This document shows, piece after piece, positions 28,533 through 38,975 of a stretch of 64,000 bases of DNA (its first letter is position 1; every line of letters starts with the position of its first letter). The translations under genes were made by a program, and so were the position numbers. The notes below the pieces were generated by a model. That model saw only the letters and a list, made by a program, of their open reading frames with translations. It did not search any database and had not been told where the DNA came from. This stretch comes from Elusimicrobiota bacterium (lineage in GTDB: Bacteria; Elusimicrobiota; Elusimicrobia; F11), in the NCBI GenBank assembly GCA_044221725.1, contig JBGAON010000002.1:32001-96000 (forward strand). The letters run 5' to 3'.

Positions 28533-30234
28533 CCGTCATATCACGATTGAAAACGTTCAGCCGTCCGTGGATGGCGGAAAGTATCCCGTGAAAAAAATAG
28601 TCGGAGAAGTTTGCGTCGTATCGGCCGATGTTTTCCGCGACGGACACGATCCGTTGGTCGTGCAGCTTTGCTGGCGCCACGAACAGGACCCCACGTGGAG
28701 CGAGACGTTCATGTCGGACGACGGAAATGACGGTTGGACCGCAAACTTCCGCGTCGAAAAAGTCGGTCGTTACCAATTTAGCGTTCGAGCCTGGAGCGAC
28801 GCGGGTGGCAAGCGCGTGGACGAAGAAAAACTTGCCGCTCCTTATGAAATTGTGGTGGACGAGCCGGTCGCACGCTTTGGCGCTTGGTACGAAATGTTTG
28901 TCCGGTCGCAGGGAACCGAACCCGGAAAAAGCGGAACTTTTCGCGACGCCGAAAAACGTCTTTCGGATATCAAAGCGATGGGATTTGACGTGGTGTATCT
29001 TCCGCCAATTCATCCGATTGGTCGCACGGCACGCAAAGGCCCGAACGATAGTTTGAACGTTGGATCGAACGATCCCGGCTCCCCTTGGGCGATCGGCAAC
29101 GAAAACGGCGGACACACGGCGATTGAGCCCGCGATTGGCACTCTGCAGGATTTTGATCGCTTTGTTGCGGCGGCGCAATCAATGAGCATTTCGGTCGCGA
29201 TTGACTTTGCTCCTCACTGCTCGCCGGATCATCCGTGGGTGACCGAGCATCCGGAATGGTTTTATCACCGGCCGGACGGAAGTATTCAGTGCGCCGAAAA
29301 TCCTCCGTACCGCTACGACGATATCTACCCGCTGAACTTTGACTGCGATGAGCACGAGAAACTTTATGATGCACTGCTCCATGTTTTTCTTTTTTGGATT
29401 GGCCACGGCGTACGAATATTTCGTGTTGATAATCCGCATACAAAGCCAGTCGTTTTTTGGGAATGGGTGATTCGCGAAGTGAAGCGCCGCACCCCCGAGA
29501 CAATTTTTCTTGCCGAGGCGTTCACGCGTCCAAAGATGATGAAAATGTTATCGAAGGCCGGTTTTTCGCAGTCCTACACCTACTTCATTTGGCGTAACAG
29601 CAAGCGCGAACTGGCGGAATACATTGAAGAATTGGCGGACCCGAAAATGTCCTGCTATTTTCGGCCGAATTTTTTTGTGACCACTCCTGACGTTTTGCCG
29701 CCGTATTTGCAAAATGCCGATGCCGCCGTGTTCAAAAGTCGTTTGGCGTTGGCGGCACTCTTATCGCCGACGTACGGGATTGTTAACGGATACGAACTCG
29801 TCGAGAACGTTGGGTTACCCGGAAAACAAGAATACGCCGACTCGGAAAAATTTGAAATCAAGGTGCGGGATTGGAATAAGGCGGGCAACATCAAACAAAC
29901 GGTTTCAATGTTAAACCGCATTCGTCGAGAGAACGTTGCGCTGCAGTTGATGGAGAATGTGACGGTGCTTCCTTCCAGTGGGAACGAGGTTCTTGTGGCG
30001 CTCAAGACCGCGCCGGATCGTTCGAATACGCTGATTGTCGCCGTAAGTTTGGATCCGCACGCCGTCCGAGAAACGTCGTTCGAAATTCCTATGGATAAAA
30101 TTGGCTTCTCATGGGAAGCTCAATTTGAGGTTCACGAGCTCGTGAGTGGATCGACGGTGACATGGACGAAAAATGTCCATTTGCGGATGGATCCGAGCAC
30201 CGAACCTTTTCAAATTTTTCGCATCAAACGGTAA
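28519..30234 (+). CDS. glgE: Alpha-1,4-glucan:maltose-1-phosphate maltosyltransferase (shortened)
   Basis: YLPPIHPIG, FRVDNPHTKP, FLAEAFTRP, RPNFF. Confidence 0.88.
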   Translation: MDVRNRHITIENVQPSVDGGKYPVKKIVGEVCVVSADVFRDGHDPLVVQLCWRHEQDPTWSETFMSDDGNDGWTANFRVEKVGRYQFSVRAWSDAGGKRVDEEKLAAPYEIVVDEPVARFGAWYEMFVRSQGTEPGKSGTFRDAEKRLSDIKAMGFDVVYLPPIHPIGRTARKGPNDSLNVGSNDPGSPWAIGNENGGHTAIEPAIGTLQDFDRFVAAAQSMSISVAIDFAPHCSPDHPWVTEHPEWFYHRPDGSIQCAENPPYRYDDIYPLNFDCDEHEKLYDALLHVFLFWIGHGVRIFRVDNPHTKPVVFWEWVIREVKRRTPETIFLAEAFTRPKMMKMLSKAGFSQSYTYFIWRNSKRELAEYIEELADPKMSCYFRPNFFVTTPDVLPPYLQNADAAVFKSRLALAALLSPTYGIVNGYELVENVGLPGKQEYADSEKFEIKVRDWNKAGNIKQTVSMLNRIRRENVALQLMENVTVLPSSGNEVLVALKTAPDRSNTLIVAVSLDPHAVRETSFEIPMDKIGFSWEAQFEVHELVSGSTVTWTKNVHLRMDPSTEPFQIFRIKR

Positions 30235-30245
30235 CCAACGTCCCA

Positions 30246-32672
30246 ATGGAAAAGTACATTTGCATCCACGGTCACTTCTACCAGCCCCCGCGCGAAAACC
30301 CGTGGCTTGAATCGATCGAACTGCAAGATTCAGCCTATCCCTATCACGATTGGAACGAGCGCATCACGGCCGAATGTTATGGCCCGAACGGAACTTCCCG
30401 TATATTGGACGACGACAAGCGCATTGTGAAGATCATGAACAACTATTCGTTGATCAATTTTAATTTCGGTCCCACGCTGCTCAGTTGGATGGAGGAAAAT
30501 GCGCCGCACGCGTACCGGGCGATTTTTGAGGCGGATCAGTTGAGCGTAAAGCGATTTTCCGGACACGGTTCGGCGATTGCGCAAGTGTACAACCACATGA
30601 TCATGCCGCTCGCCAACGCTCGGGACAAATTTACGCAGGTGTTTTGGGGGATCCGTGATTTTGAATTTCGTTTTGGTCGCAAGCCCGAGGGAATGTGGCT
30701 CGCGGAAACGGCGGTCGATTTGGAGAGTCTCGAAATTCTCGCGGACCTCGGAATTACGTACACGATTCTCGCCCCGCATCAAGCCAAGCGCGTGCGCAAA
30801 ATAGGCGACAACCAATGGGACGATGTATCGAATGCGTCGATTGATCCAAAAAATCCCTACAAACTCAATTTTTCGTCCGGCAAAAGTATCGCGCTCTTTT
30901 TTTACGATGGGCCTATCTCGCGGTCGGTCGCGTTCGAGCGGTTGTTGGAAAAAGGCGAGTACTTGGTTGATCGTCTGATGACCGGTTTTTCTGAAAACGG
31001 AAATGGACAACAACTCGTCCACATCGCGACCGACGGGGAAACCTACGGCCATCACCACCGGTTTGGTGATATGGCGCTGGCGTTTGCGTTGAATCAAATC
31101 GAATCACGCGGGGTCGCGAAACTCACAAATTACGGAGAATTTCTCGCAAAATTTCCACCGGCGTTCGAAGTCGAAATCTTTGAAAATACCTCGTGGAGCT
31201 GTGTGCACGGCGTTGAGCGGTGGCGCAGCAACTGCGGCTGCAACATGGGCGGGCGTCCCGAGTGGAATCAGGTCTGGCGCAAGCCGCTGCGCGAAGCGCT
31301 TGATTGGTTGCGTGACACCACGGTGCCGCTGTTTGAGAAAAAGGCCGGGGAGTTGATGAAAGACCCCTGGATGGCGCGCAACGACTACATCGAACTTCTT
31401 TTTGATCGTTCAAGCGAAGAAGTGGACGATTTTTTTGGGCGACATGCGACGAGAGATTTGAGCGCCGCCGAGAAAATCCAAGGGCTGAAACTGCTCGAGA
31501 TGCAACGACAGGCGATGCTCATGTACACGAGCTGCGGTTGGTTCTTCGATGAAATTTCCGGAATTGAAGCCGTCCAAGTGCTGCAATACGCGGCGCGCGC
31601 GCTGCAGTTGGCCGAAGAACTTTTTGGTGAATCGCTGGAGACAGAGTTTTTGCGCCGCTTGGAATTTGCACCGAGCAACATTCCGGATTTGAAAAACGGC
31701 CGCGTCGTGTACAACCGGTACGTAAAGCCTTCCGCGATGGACCTTGCAAAGGTGGGCGCCCATTACGCGATAAGCTCCCTCTTCTCGAATGGAATCGATG
31801 AAACGAAAACCTATTGTTACACGATTGACTACGAAGAATTTAAAAATTTCGTGGCCGGCAAGGCGCGTCTTGTGCTCGGCGTCATCAACGTTACCTCCGA
31901 AGTGACGAAGGAATCCGATCGGTTTGACTTTGCGATCCTTCATCTCGGTGATCACAATCTGAACGGCGGTGTTATCCGGCACGACGGTGCGGACGCTTTC
32001 AATAAGATGTCTGAAAGTATCGTGGCCGCTTTCAAACGCGCGGATTTCGGAGAGACGATTCGTATCATGGACAAATATTTCGGTGGCTCGACGTATTCGC
32101 TAAAGACGTTGTTCCGCGACGAGCAACGCAAAATCGTAAGTTCCATTTTAGAAACGACGCTCGCGGACTCGGAAGCTGTTCTGCGGCAGATTTATGAGAA
32201 CAACGCACCGCTTATGCGATTTTTGGCCGACATGGCGGCGCCGTTACCAAAGGCGTTGCAGGCCGCCGCCGAGTTCACCATCAACATGAGTCTCAAGCAC
32301 GCGTTGGAGAGCGACGAATTGGACGTCGAAAAGATTTCGGCATTGCTCGTCGAAGCAAAAGAGGCGCGCGTTCCGCTCGATGCCCCCGGCTTGGCCTACG
32401 TTTTACAGAACAACCTGCTGCGGCTTGTGGATCAATTGTGGGCCGATCCCGACGATGGAGCGCTTGTTACGCAACTGGACGAGCTCGTTGGGGTGGTGCT
32501 GTCTCTCCCGTTTGATGTGAATTTGTGGAGTGTTCAAAACAACTATTACGAATTTTTGCAGCGCATTTTCCCGAACGTTCAGGCGGGCGCAGAGAAAGGG
32601 GATGAATCTTACAGCGACTGGTTAAAAGCGTTTCGGTCGCTCGGAGAAAAATTGAAGGTGAAAGTCGTTTAG
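30246..32672 (+). CDS. GH57-like / DUF3536 glycoside hydrolase
   Basis: HGHFYQPPRENPW, GMWLAET, ATDGETYGHH, MYTSCGWFF. Confidence 0.9.
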   Translation: MEKYICIHGHFYQPPRENPWLESIELQDSAYPYHDWNERITAECYGPNGTSRILDDDKRIVKIMNNYSLINFNFGPTLLSWMEENAPHAYRAIFEADQLSVKRFSGHGSAIAQVYNHMIMPLANARDKFTQVFWGIRDFEFRFGRKPEGMWLAETAVDLESLEILADLGITYTILAPHQAKRVRKIGDNQWDDVSNASIDPKNPYKLNFSSGKSIALFFYDGPISRSVAFERLLEKGEYLVDRLMTGFSENGNGQQLVHIATDGETYGHHHRFGDMALAFALNQIESRGVAKLTNYGEFLAKFPPAFEVEIFENTSWSCVHGVERWRSNCGCNMGGRPEWNQVWRKPLREALDWLRDTTVPLFEKKAGELMKDPWMARNDYIELLFDRSSEEVDDFFGRHATRDLSAAEKIQGLKLLEMQRQAMLMYTSCGWFFDEISGIEAVQVLQYAARALQLAEELFGESLETEFLRRLEFAPSNIPDLKNGRVVYNRYVKPSAMDLAKVGAHYAISSLFSNGIDETKTYCYTIDYEEFKNFVAGKARLVLGVINVTSEVTKESDRFDFAILHLGDHNLNGGVIRHDGADAFNKMSESIVAAFKRADFGETIRIMDKYFGGSTYSLKTLFRDEQRKIVSSILETTLADSEAVLRQIYENNAPLMRFLADMAAPLPKALQAAAEFTINMSLKHALESDELDVEKISALLVEAKEARVPLDAPGLAYVLQNNLLRLVDQLWADPDDGALVTQLDELVGVVLSLPFDVNLWSVQNNYYEFLQRIFPNVQAGAEKGDESYSDWLKAFRSLGEKLKVKVV

Positions 32673-34396
32673 TTCGTGGCTTCGAACAACGTGCCTTGAG
32701 TCGCCAGCTTCGTTTTGTCGCGCAAAAGTTTTTCGAACACCACGGGGGGCAACGGTTGGCTAAAAAGGAACCCCTGCATTTGATCGCACTTAAGACCGCG
32801 CAAATAATTTAATTGGCCTTCGGTTTCCACGCCTTCTGCCAACACGTTCAAATTCAATCCGTGTCCCAACCCAATGACGGCGTCCGCGATCGCTGCATCG
32901 TTCGCATCGGACGTTAAATCTCGCACGAACGACTGGTCCATCTTTAACGTGTTGACCGGCAAACGCTTCAGATAGTTCAGAGACGAATAACCCGTGCCAA
33001 AGTCATCGATTGAAAAGCCGACGCCCATCGCTTTCAGTTCGTGCGGAATGTTCATTGCCTGGCCGTAAAGGTCCATGAGAATGCTTTCGGTGAGTTCAAG
33101 CTCCAGGCATTCCGGTGGGAGTCCGGTCTCTTTCAAAATTCGTCGGACCGTTTCGATGATGTTTGATTGGCGCATTTGCTTGGCGGACACGTTCACGCCC
33201 ACTTTGATAGCCGGGTAACCACGATCCATCCACAGTTTGTTCTGGTGGCACGCCATGCGCATCACCTGTTCGCCGATCGGGATGATGAGGCCCGAGTCCT
33301 CGGCCCAGCGCATGAACGTGGCGGGCGGGATAAGCCCCAGCTCGGGATGATCCCAGCGCACAAGCGCTTCCATTCCAACAATCTGACCGTTGGCGATATT
33401 AATTTGCGGCTGGTAATGCACGACGAACTCGTTTTTTTCAAGCGCGCGGCGCAGCCCATTGTCGAGCGCCAGTTGCTGGTACACCTCGGTTTTCATCGTT
33501 TCATCGAAAATTTGGAAACTGTTTCGCCCATGGCGTTTCGCGCGGTACATAGCGGTGTCGGCGTTTTTAAGAAGTGTTTCGGAGTCTTCTCCGTCGTTTG
33601 GAAAAACGCTGATGCCGATGGATGCGGTCGTGAACAATTCCTTATCACCAAAACGGAACGCCGGCCGCAGCGTTGCTAAAATTTTCTCGGTGAGTGCCAC
33701 GACTTCTGCAATGTTTTTTACGCCGGGCAACAGCAGCATGAACTCATCGCCGCCGAGTCGCGCTACCACGTCGGTTGCGCGCAGGCATTCGCGCAGGCGA
33801 TGTGCGACACCCACGAGCAGCCGATCTCCCATATCGTGGCCCAATGTGTCATTGATCACTTTGACGCGGTCAAGATCGAGAAATAAAACAGCCAACAATT
33901 CTTTGTGGCGCTTCGCCCGCGCAAGGGCGCGCGTTAATTCTTCGCGGAACAACACCCGGTTCGGTAGGTCGGTGAGCGCGTCATAAAACGCCATGTGCCG
34001 AATGGTTTCTTCGGCGCGTTTTATTTTTGTGATGTCCGTGAAGACTCCGATGTAGTGCGTAATTTCGTTATGCTTTCGGACCGCGGTCAACGAAAGCCAC
34101 TCGGTATAGATCTGGCCATTTTTGCGGCGATTGATTATTTCGCCTTGCCAATGGCCGGTTTTGGAAATGGAATTCCACATCTTTGCGTAAAAGGGAGGTT
34201 TGTGTTCTCCGGACCGCAGCAAGCGAGGATTCTTGCCAAGCACTTCGGAAGCGGAATAACCGGTTGTTTTCGTAAACGTCTCGTTAACGCTGACAATATT
34301 GTGATCAGCATCGGTGATGACCACGCCTTCACGCATGTGATCAATCACTTCTTTGGCGGACAAATTCGGCTGCGAGGCTGTTCCGTTTTCGGCCAT
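32669..34396 (-). CDS. PAS-GGDEF-EAL c-di-GMP enzyme
   Basis: PAS domain, GGDEF, EAL and DDFGTGYSS motifs intact. Confidence 0.95.
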   Translation of the reverse strand: MAENGTASQPNLSAKEVIDHMREGVVITDADHNIVSVNETFTKTTGYSASEVLGKNPRLLRSGEHKPPFYAKMWNSISKTGHWQGEIINRRKNGQIYTEWLSLTAVRKHNEITHYIGVFTDITKIKRAEETIRHMAFYDALTDLPNRVLFREELTRALARAKRHKELLAVLFLDLDRVKVINDTLGHDMGDRLLVGVAHRLRECLRATDVVARLGGDEFMLLLPGVKNIAEVVALTEKILATLRPAFRFGDKELFTTASIGISVFPNDGEDSETLLKNADTAMYRAKRHGRNSFQIFDETMKTEVYQQLALDNGLRRALEKNEFVVHYQPQINIANGQIVGMEALVRWDHPELGLIPPATFMRWAEDSGLIIPIGEQVMRMACHQNKLWMDRGYPAIKVGVNVSAKQMRQSNIIETVRRILKETGLPPECLELELTESILMDLYGQAMNIPHELKAMGVGFSIDDFGTGYSSLNYLKRLPVNTLKMDQSFVRDLTSDANDAAIADAVIGLGHGLNLNVLAEGVETEGQLNYLRGLKCDQMQGFLFSQPLPPVVFEKLLRDKTKLATQGTLFEATN

Positions 34397-34521
34397 GGGG
34401 CCGAATTTACCAAATTCCGACGGGAAAGAAAGTGCATGGAACTTTTATGCAAACACAAGAGTTAGAGCCGTTTGAAACATTTTTGATATAAAGGAATTCC
34501 TTAACCTCAAAAATCCCGAAC

Positions 34522-35817
34522 ATGAAACAGTCACACACAACTCTTCGAATTGCGGCCGTTTTGGCAATTCTTTTTTCTGGCTCGCTTTTGCGCGCCGAAC
34601 CAACGAACCGTTCTCTGACGTTTGAAGACTGTTACCGGCTTGCGGTCAAGCAAAGCGAACGGTTGCTGCAAGCCGAAGAAGACATTAAGCAAGCGCTCGC
34701 ACGCCGCAAACAAGCGCTCGGCGCTGTATTGCCGTATCTTCAATGGGGAACGCAAACAATTTGGCAGGATACCTCGGGTTCGGGCAACGACGGTAGCGGC
34801 GTCGCCAGCACGTTAACGAAAGGCCGCCGTACCGAATCAAAATTTACCGCCGAACAGCCGATCTTTCAGGGATTCAAAGAATTTTCGGCGATGTCCGCTT
34901 ACAAAGCACAATCCCGTCGCAACGAAGCGCTTCTCATGCAACAGTCTGTTAATTTGTATCTGAACGTGGCCGAAGCTTTCTACCGCGTGGTTCAGCTGGA
35001 ACAATTTATTGCGGATACCCGAACATCAATTTCGCTTACCGAAGATCGCGTGAAGGAATTGCGCGGCCGAATCCGCCTCGGCAAGTCGCGCGATAGCGAG
35101 GTGCTTAGTTCGGAGTCTCAACTGAGCATTCTCAGAGCGCAAGAAGCGCGAGCCTTGGGCGATGTGATCGCCGCGCGCGACGTGTTGGGCTTTTTCATCG
35201 GGCAAGACGCGCGCTCGTTAAACTTTGTGGACAACCAATCGTATCCTCCTCCGGTCGAATCCGAACAAAAGGCGCTGCAATTGGGCGTTAACCGGTCCGA
35301 TGTGCGAGCGGCCAAAGAAGACGTAGAGGCCAAAAAATACGGCATTCGTGTTGCGAAAAGCGGTTACTACCCGAAAGCCGGACTTGTTGGGAATTATTAC
35401 ACATGGCGCCCGGGTTTCCAGTCAGAAATTGATTGGGACGTCGCGTTCAATTTGGCGGTACCGCTGTTTCAAGGCGGCGAAGTGAAAGGTTTGGCGGAAG
35501 AAGCGAAATCCATTTACAAGCAATCGGAACTTGAATTGAGCCGCACGATGCGGTTTGCGGAGTCGGAGATCCGCCAAGCGCAAGCAGCGCTCGTCTCTTC
35601 AATTAACGAAACGAACGCGCTGCAAGATTCGTACGAGAAGTCGCGGCGCAGCTACGAAGGACAGCGACAAGACTACCGTTTGGGGGCCGTGAACAACTTG
35701 GATGTGCTCCAGGCCCTGAACGCGATGCAGCAAACGAAAGCCAATTACAATTCGTCCTATCTCCAGACGAAACTCAACTATCTAAAACTCAAGGGCGTAA
35801 CAGAGGATATCCCATGA
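34522..35817 (+). CDS. TolC-family outer membrane protein
   Basis: Signal peptide, QPIFQG and VPLFQGG repeats, YRLGAVNNLDVLQA. Confidence 0.88.
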   Translation: MKQSHTTLRIAAVLAILFSGSLLRAEPTNRSLTFEDCYRLAVKQSERLLQAEEDIKQALARRKQALGAVLPYLQWGTQTIWQDTSGSGNDGSGVASTLTKGRRTESKFTAEQPIFQGFKEFSAMSAYKAQSRRNEALLMQQSVNLYLNVAEAFYRVVQLEQFIADTRTSISLTEDRVKELRGRIRLGKSRDSEVLSSESQLSILRAQEARALGDVIAARDVLGFFIGQDARSLNFVDNQSYPPPVESEQKALQLGVNRSDVRAAKEDVEAKKYGIRVAKSGYYPKAGLVGNYYTWRPGFQSEIDWDVAFNLAVPLFQGGEVKGLAEEAKSIYKQSELELSRTMRFAESEIRQAQAALVSSINETNALQDSYEKSRRSYEGQRQDYRLGAVNNLDVLQALNAMQQTKANYNSSYLQTKLNYLKLKGVTEDIP

Positions 35818-38800
35818 AGTTGTCCGATATTTCGATTAAGAACCCCGTTTTTGCATGGATGTTGATGGCCGGACTCATTTTGTTCGGCCTCATCGGCTTT
35901 AAGCAGATGGGGATCAGTCAATTGCCCGACGTCGACTTCCCGTTCGTTACGGTGACGGTCACGTGGGAAGGGGCCTCGCCGGAAGTTATGGAGACGGAGG
36001 TCACTGACGTCATTGAAGACGCCGTGATGCAGGTTCAGGGTGTGAAAGAAGTTTCGTCGGCGTCCCGTCAGGGCTCCGCGCAGGTATCAATTGAGTTTGA
36101 ACTCGGTCGCGACATCGACGCGGCGCTTCAGGAAGTGCAAACGAAAATTTCGCAAGCGCAACAGAACCTCCCAAAGAACATCGATCCGCCAATTTATTTA
36201 AAGACAAACCCTGAAGATCAACCCATTATGTGGGTTGCCCTCTCCGGCAGTCGTCCGCTCACGGACATCATGCGCTACGCAAAAGATCACTTAAAAGATG
36301 ATTTCACGACGGTGCCTGGGGTGGGCGACGTTATCTTCGGCGGTTATGTGGAGCCGAACCTTCGTGTTTGGTTGGACGCCGACAAAATGCAGTCGCGTGA
36401 GCTTACCGTGGACGACGTTATGAACGCGATTCGGGACCAGCACGCGGAAGTTCCGGCCGGTTACATTGATACGGGCAAACAGGAATACAACGTGCGCGTA
36501 ATGGGAGAAGCGAGCAGCGTTCCTGATTTTGAAAAGATCATTATCCCAGGTCGCGCGGGTCAACCGTTGTGGCGACGTTTCACGATCAAAGACATTGCTC
36601 AAATTGAAGATGGTTTAGCCGACATCCGTCGTATTTCGCGCGTCAACGGCGAAGCGGCTATTGGACTGGGCATAAAAAAGCAGCGCGGGTCGAACGCCGT
36701 ATCGGTTGCGCGCGCTGTGCGAACGAAGGTGGCAGAAATCCAAAAGCGGTTGCCCGAGGGAATGAAACTCGGTATCAATTTCGACGCCACGAAATTTATT
36801 GAAGATTCGGTCCACGAACTCAATTTCAACCTTATCTTGGCCGCTGTTTTAACATCGATCGTGTGTTGGTTGTTCTTGGGTTCGTTTAGTTCTGCTTTGA
36901 ACATTATTCTTGCGATTCCGGTCTCGATCCTTGGAACGTTTATTTTCCTGAGTTTTCTTGGCTACACGCTGAACACGTTTACGCTGCTGGGGCTTACGCT
37001 CGTTATCGGAATCGTGGTCGACGACGCCATCATGGTGCTCGAAAATATTGTGCGGCACCGGGAGATGGGGGCGTCGCGTGTCAAAGCCTCCATTACCGGC
37101 GCGCGCGAAATCACATCGGCCGCCATCGCCGCAACGATTGCGATTCTCGCGATCTTTATTCCGGTCGTGTTCATGAAAGGCATCGTGGGTGCTTTCTTCC
37201 TTCAATACGGTGTCACAATTTCCGTCGCGGTGGCACTGTCACTGTTGGAAGCTCTCACGCTCGCCCCGATGCGGACCTCTCAGTTTTTGAGTGTTGGTCA
37301 CAACAACGTCGTGAGCCGCTCGATGGACAAAGTGATGTCCGCTTCGACGAAATGGTACGAACGTGTGTTGACGTGGTGCTTGAATCATCGCTGGATCGTG
37401 GTGGGCTTAGCGACGTTCGTTTTCTTTGCATCCATGTTTCTCGTGAAGTTCATTAAGAAAGAATTTGTGCCGCCGCAGGATCAAAGCAACATGTTCATTC
37501 AGATCAAGACACCGATTGGCACGTCAATCCAGACCACGGATCAAGTGTTCCGGGAAGCGGAAAAATTTGTGTCGTCGCGTGGCGAAGTGGAACGCTATTA
37601 CGCGGCCATCGGCGGATTCGGTGGTGGCGAAGTGAACACCGGAATTATGTTTGTGACTTTAAAGCTTCCAAAGAATCGTCCGCCGGACCCCGAAAGCAAA
37701 AAAGTTTTGAGTCAGCAGCAGCTCATGCCGGTGTTTCGAAACAATCTCAGCAAACTCCCGGGTATCGAAAAAGTATTTATCCAAGATCTTTCGTTGTCGG
37801 GATTTGCGTCGCAACGTGGCTTTCCCGTTGAGTTTACGCTGCTGGGCGCGGACTTCGACAAGATGGGTGAACTCAGCCAAGTGATGATCGACCGCATGGT
37901 GAAATCCGGTTATATGGTGGATGCGGACTCTGACTACTTGTTGGGACAACCGGAAGTGCGTGTGATTCCGGACCGCGACAAGGCCGCCGCGCGCGGGGTG
38001 AACATCGCAACCATTGGCAACACGATCAACGCCATGGTCGGTGGTGTTCGTATCGGAAAATATTCGAAAGAAGGCCGCCGTTACGATATTCGTCTTCGTT
38101 TGATCAACGAAGATCGGAAGACGCCTCAGGATATTTCGAAAATTTGGGTCCGCAACATTCACGGTGAAGTGATTCGGCTTTCCGAGGTGGTGAAATTAAA
38201 CGAGAAGAAAACGTTGCTGTCGATCACGCGCAAGAATCGTGAGCGCGCAATTAACATCTTTTCAAACGTGGTGCCTGGGAAATCGCAGGATGAAGCCCTC
38301 AACAAAGTGCAAGAAATAGCGAAAGACGTTTTGCCCGAAGGTTATCGCATCAAATTTTCAGGTAGCGCTCAGACGTTTAAAGAATCGGGAATTATTCTTA
38401 TTGTGGCGTTGCTGCTCGGGATTATTGTGGCCTACATGGTTCTTGCGAGCCAGTACAACAGCTTCATTCACCCGATTGTCGTGTTGCTCGCGTTGCCGTT
38501 CAGTTTTACCGGTGCTTTTTTAGCGTTATGGATGGGGCGAGCGTCGCTGAATTTGTACAGCATGATTGGATTGTTGCTGCTCATGGGTATCGTGAAAAAG
38601 AATTCCATTTTGCTGGTGGACTTTACGAACGAACGCCGCAAATACGGTCTGAGCGTAAAAGATGCTCTTTTGGAAGCGTGCCCAATTCGTCTTCGTCCGA
38701 TCATCATGACGTCGATATCGACCGTGGTGGCGGCTCTTCCGCCGGCGTTGGCGCTGGGGCCGGGGGCCGAGTCTCGCATCCCCATGGCGCTCGTGATCAT

Positions 38801-38948
38801 CGGTGGTGTTAGCGTGTCGACTTTTCTCACATTGTTCGTCGTTCCGTGTGCGTACAGTTTGATGTCGCGTCTTGAAAATCATAAGCACGACCGCGATCTC
38901 AAAGAGGCGCTGCGCGAGCTTGGCGAAATTTCCTCCGAAGAAAAATGA
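35814..38948 (+). CDS. AcrB/AcrD/AcrF-family RND permease
   Basis: PDVDFP, GIVVDDAIMVLENI, GIVKKNSILLVDF, RLRPIIMT. Confidence 0.95.
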   Translation: MKLSDISIKNPVFAWMLMAGLILFGLIGFKQMGISQLPDVDFPFVTVTVTWEGASPEVMETEVTDVIEDAVMQVQGVKEVSSASRQGSAQVSIEFELGRDIDAALQEVQTKISQAQQNLPKNIDPPIYLKTNPEDQPIMWVALSGSRPLTDIMRYAKDHLKDDFTTVPGVGDVIFGGYVEPNLRVWLDADKMQSRELTVDDVMNAIRDQHAEVPAGYIDTGKQEYNVRVMGEASSVPDFEKIIIPGRAGQPLWRRFTIKDIAQIEDGLADIRRISRVNGEAAIGLGIKKQRGSNAVSVARAVRTKVAEIQKRLPEGMKLGINFDATKFIEDSVHELNFNLILAAVLTSIVCWLFLGSFSSALNIILAIPVSILGTFIFLSFLGYTLNTFTLLGLTLVIGIVVDDAIMVLENIVRHREMGASRVKASITGAREITSAAIAATIAILAIFIPVVFMKGIVGAFFLQYGVTISVAVALSLLEALTLAPMRTSQFLSVGHNNVVSRSMDKVMSASTKWYERVLTWCLNHRWIVVGLATFVFFASMFLVKFIKKEFVPPQDQSNMFIQIKTPIGTSIQTTDQVFREAEKFVSSRGEVERYYAAIGGFGGGEVNTGIMFVTLKLPKNRPPDPESKKVLSQQQLMPVFRNNLSKLPGIEKVFIQDLSLSGFASQRGFPVEFTLLGADFDKMGELSQVMIDRMVKSGYMVDADSDYLLGQPEVRVIPDRDKAAARGVNIATIGNTINAMVGGVRIGKYSKEGRRYDIRLRLINEDRKTPQDISKIWVRNIHGEVIRLSEVVKLNEKKTLLSITRKNRERAINIFSNVVPGKSQDEALNKVQEIAKDVLPEGYRIKFSGSAQTFKESGIILIVALLLGIIVAYMVLASQYNSFIHPIVVLLALPFSFTGAFLALWMGRASLNLYSMIGLLLLMGIVKKNSILLVDFTNERRKYGLSVKDALLEACPIRLRPIIMTSISTVVAALPPALALGPGAESRIPMALVIIGGVSVSTFLTLFVVPCAYSLMSRLENHKHDRDLKEALRELGEISSEEK

Positions 38949-38975
38949 GGCTGTCCGTCAATTCGTCGCCCTGGA

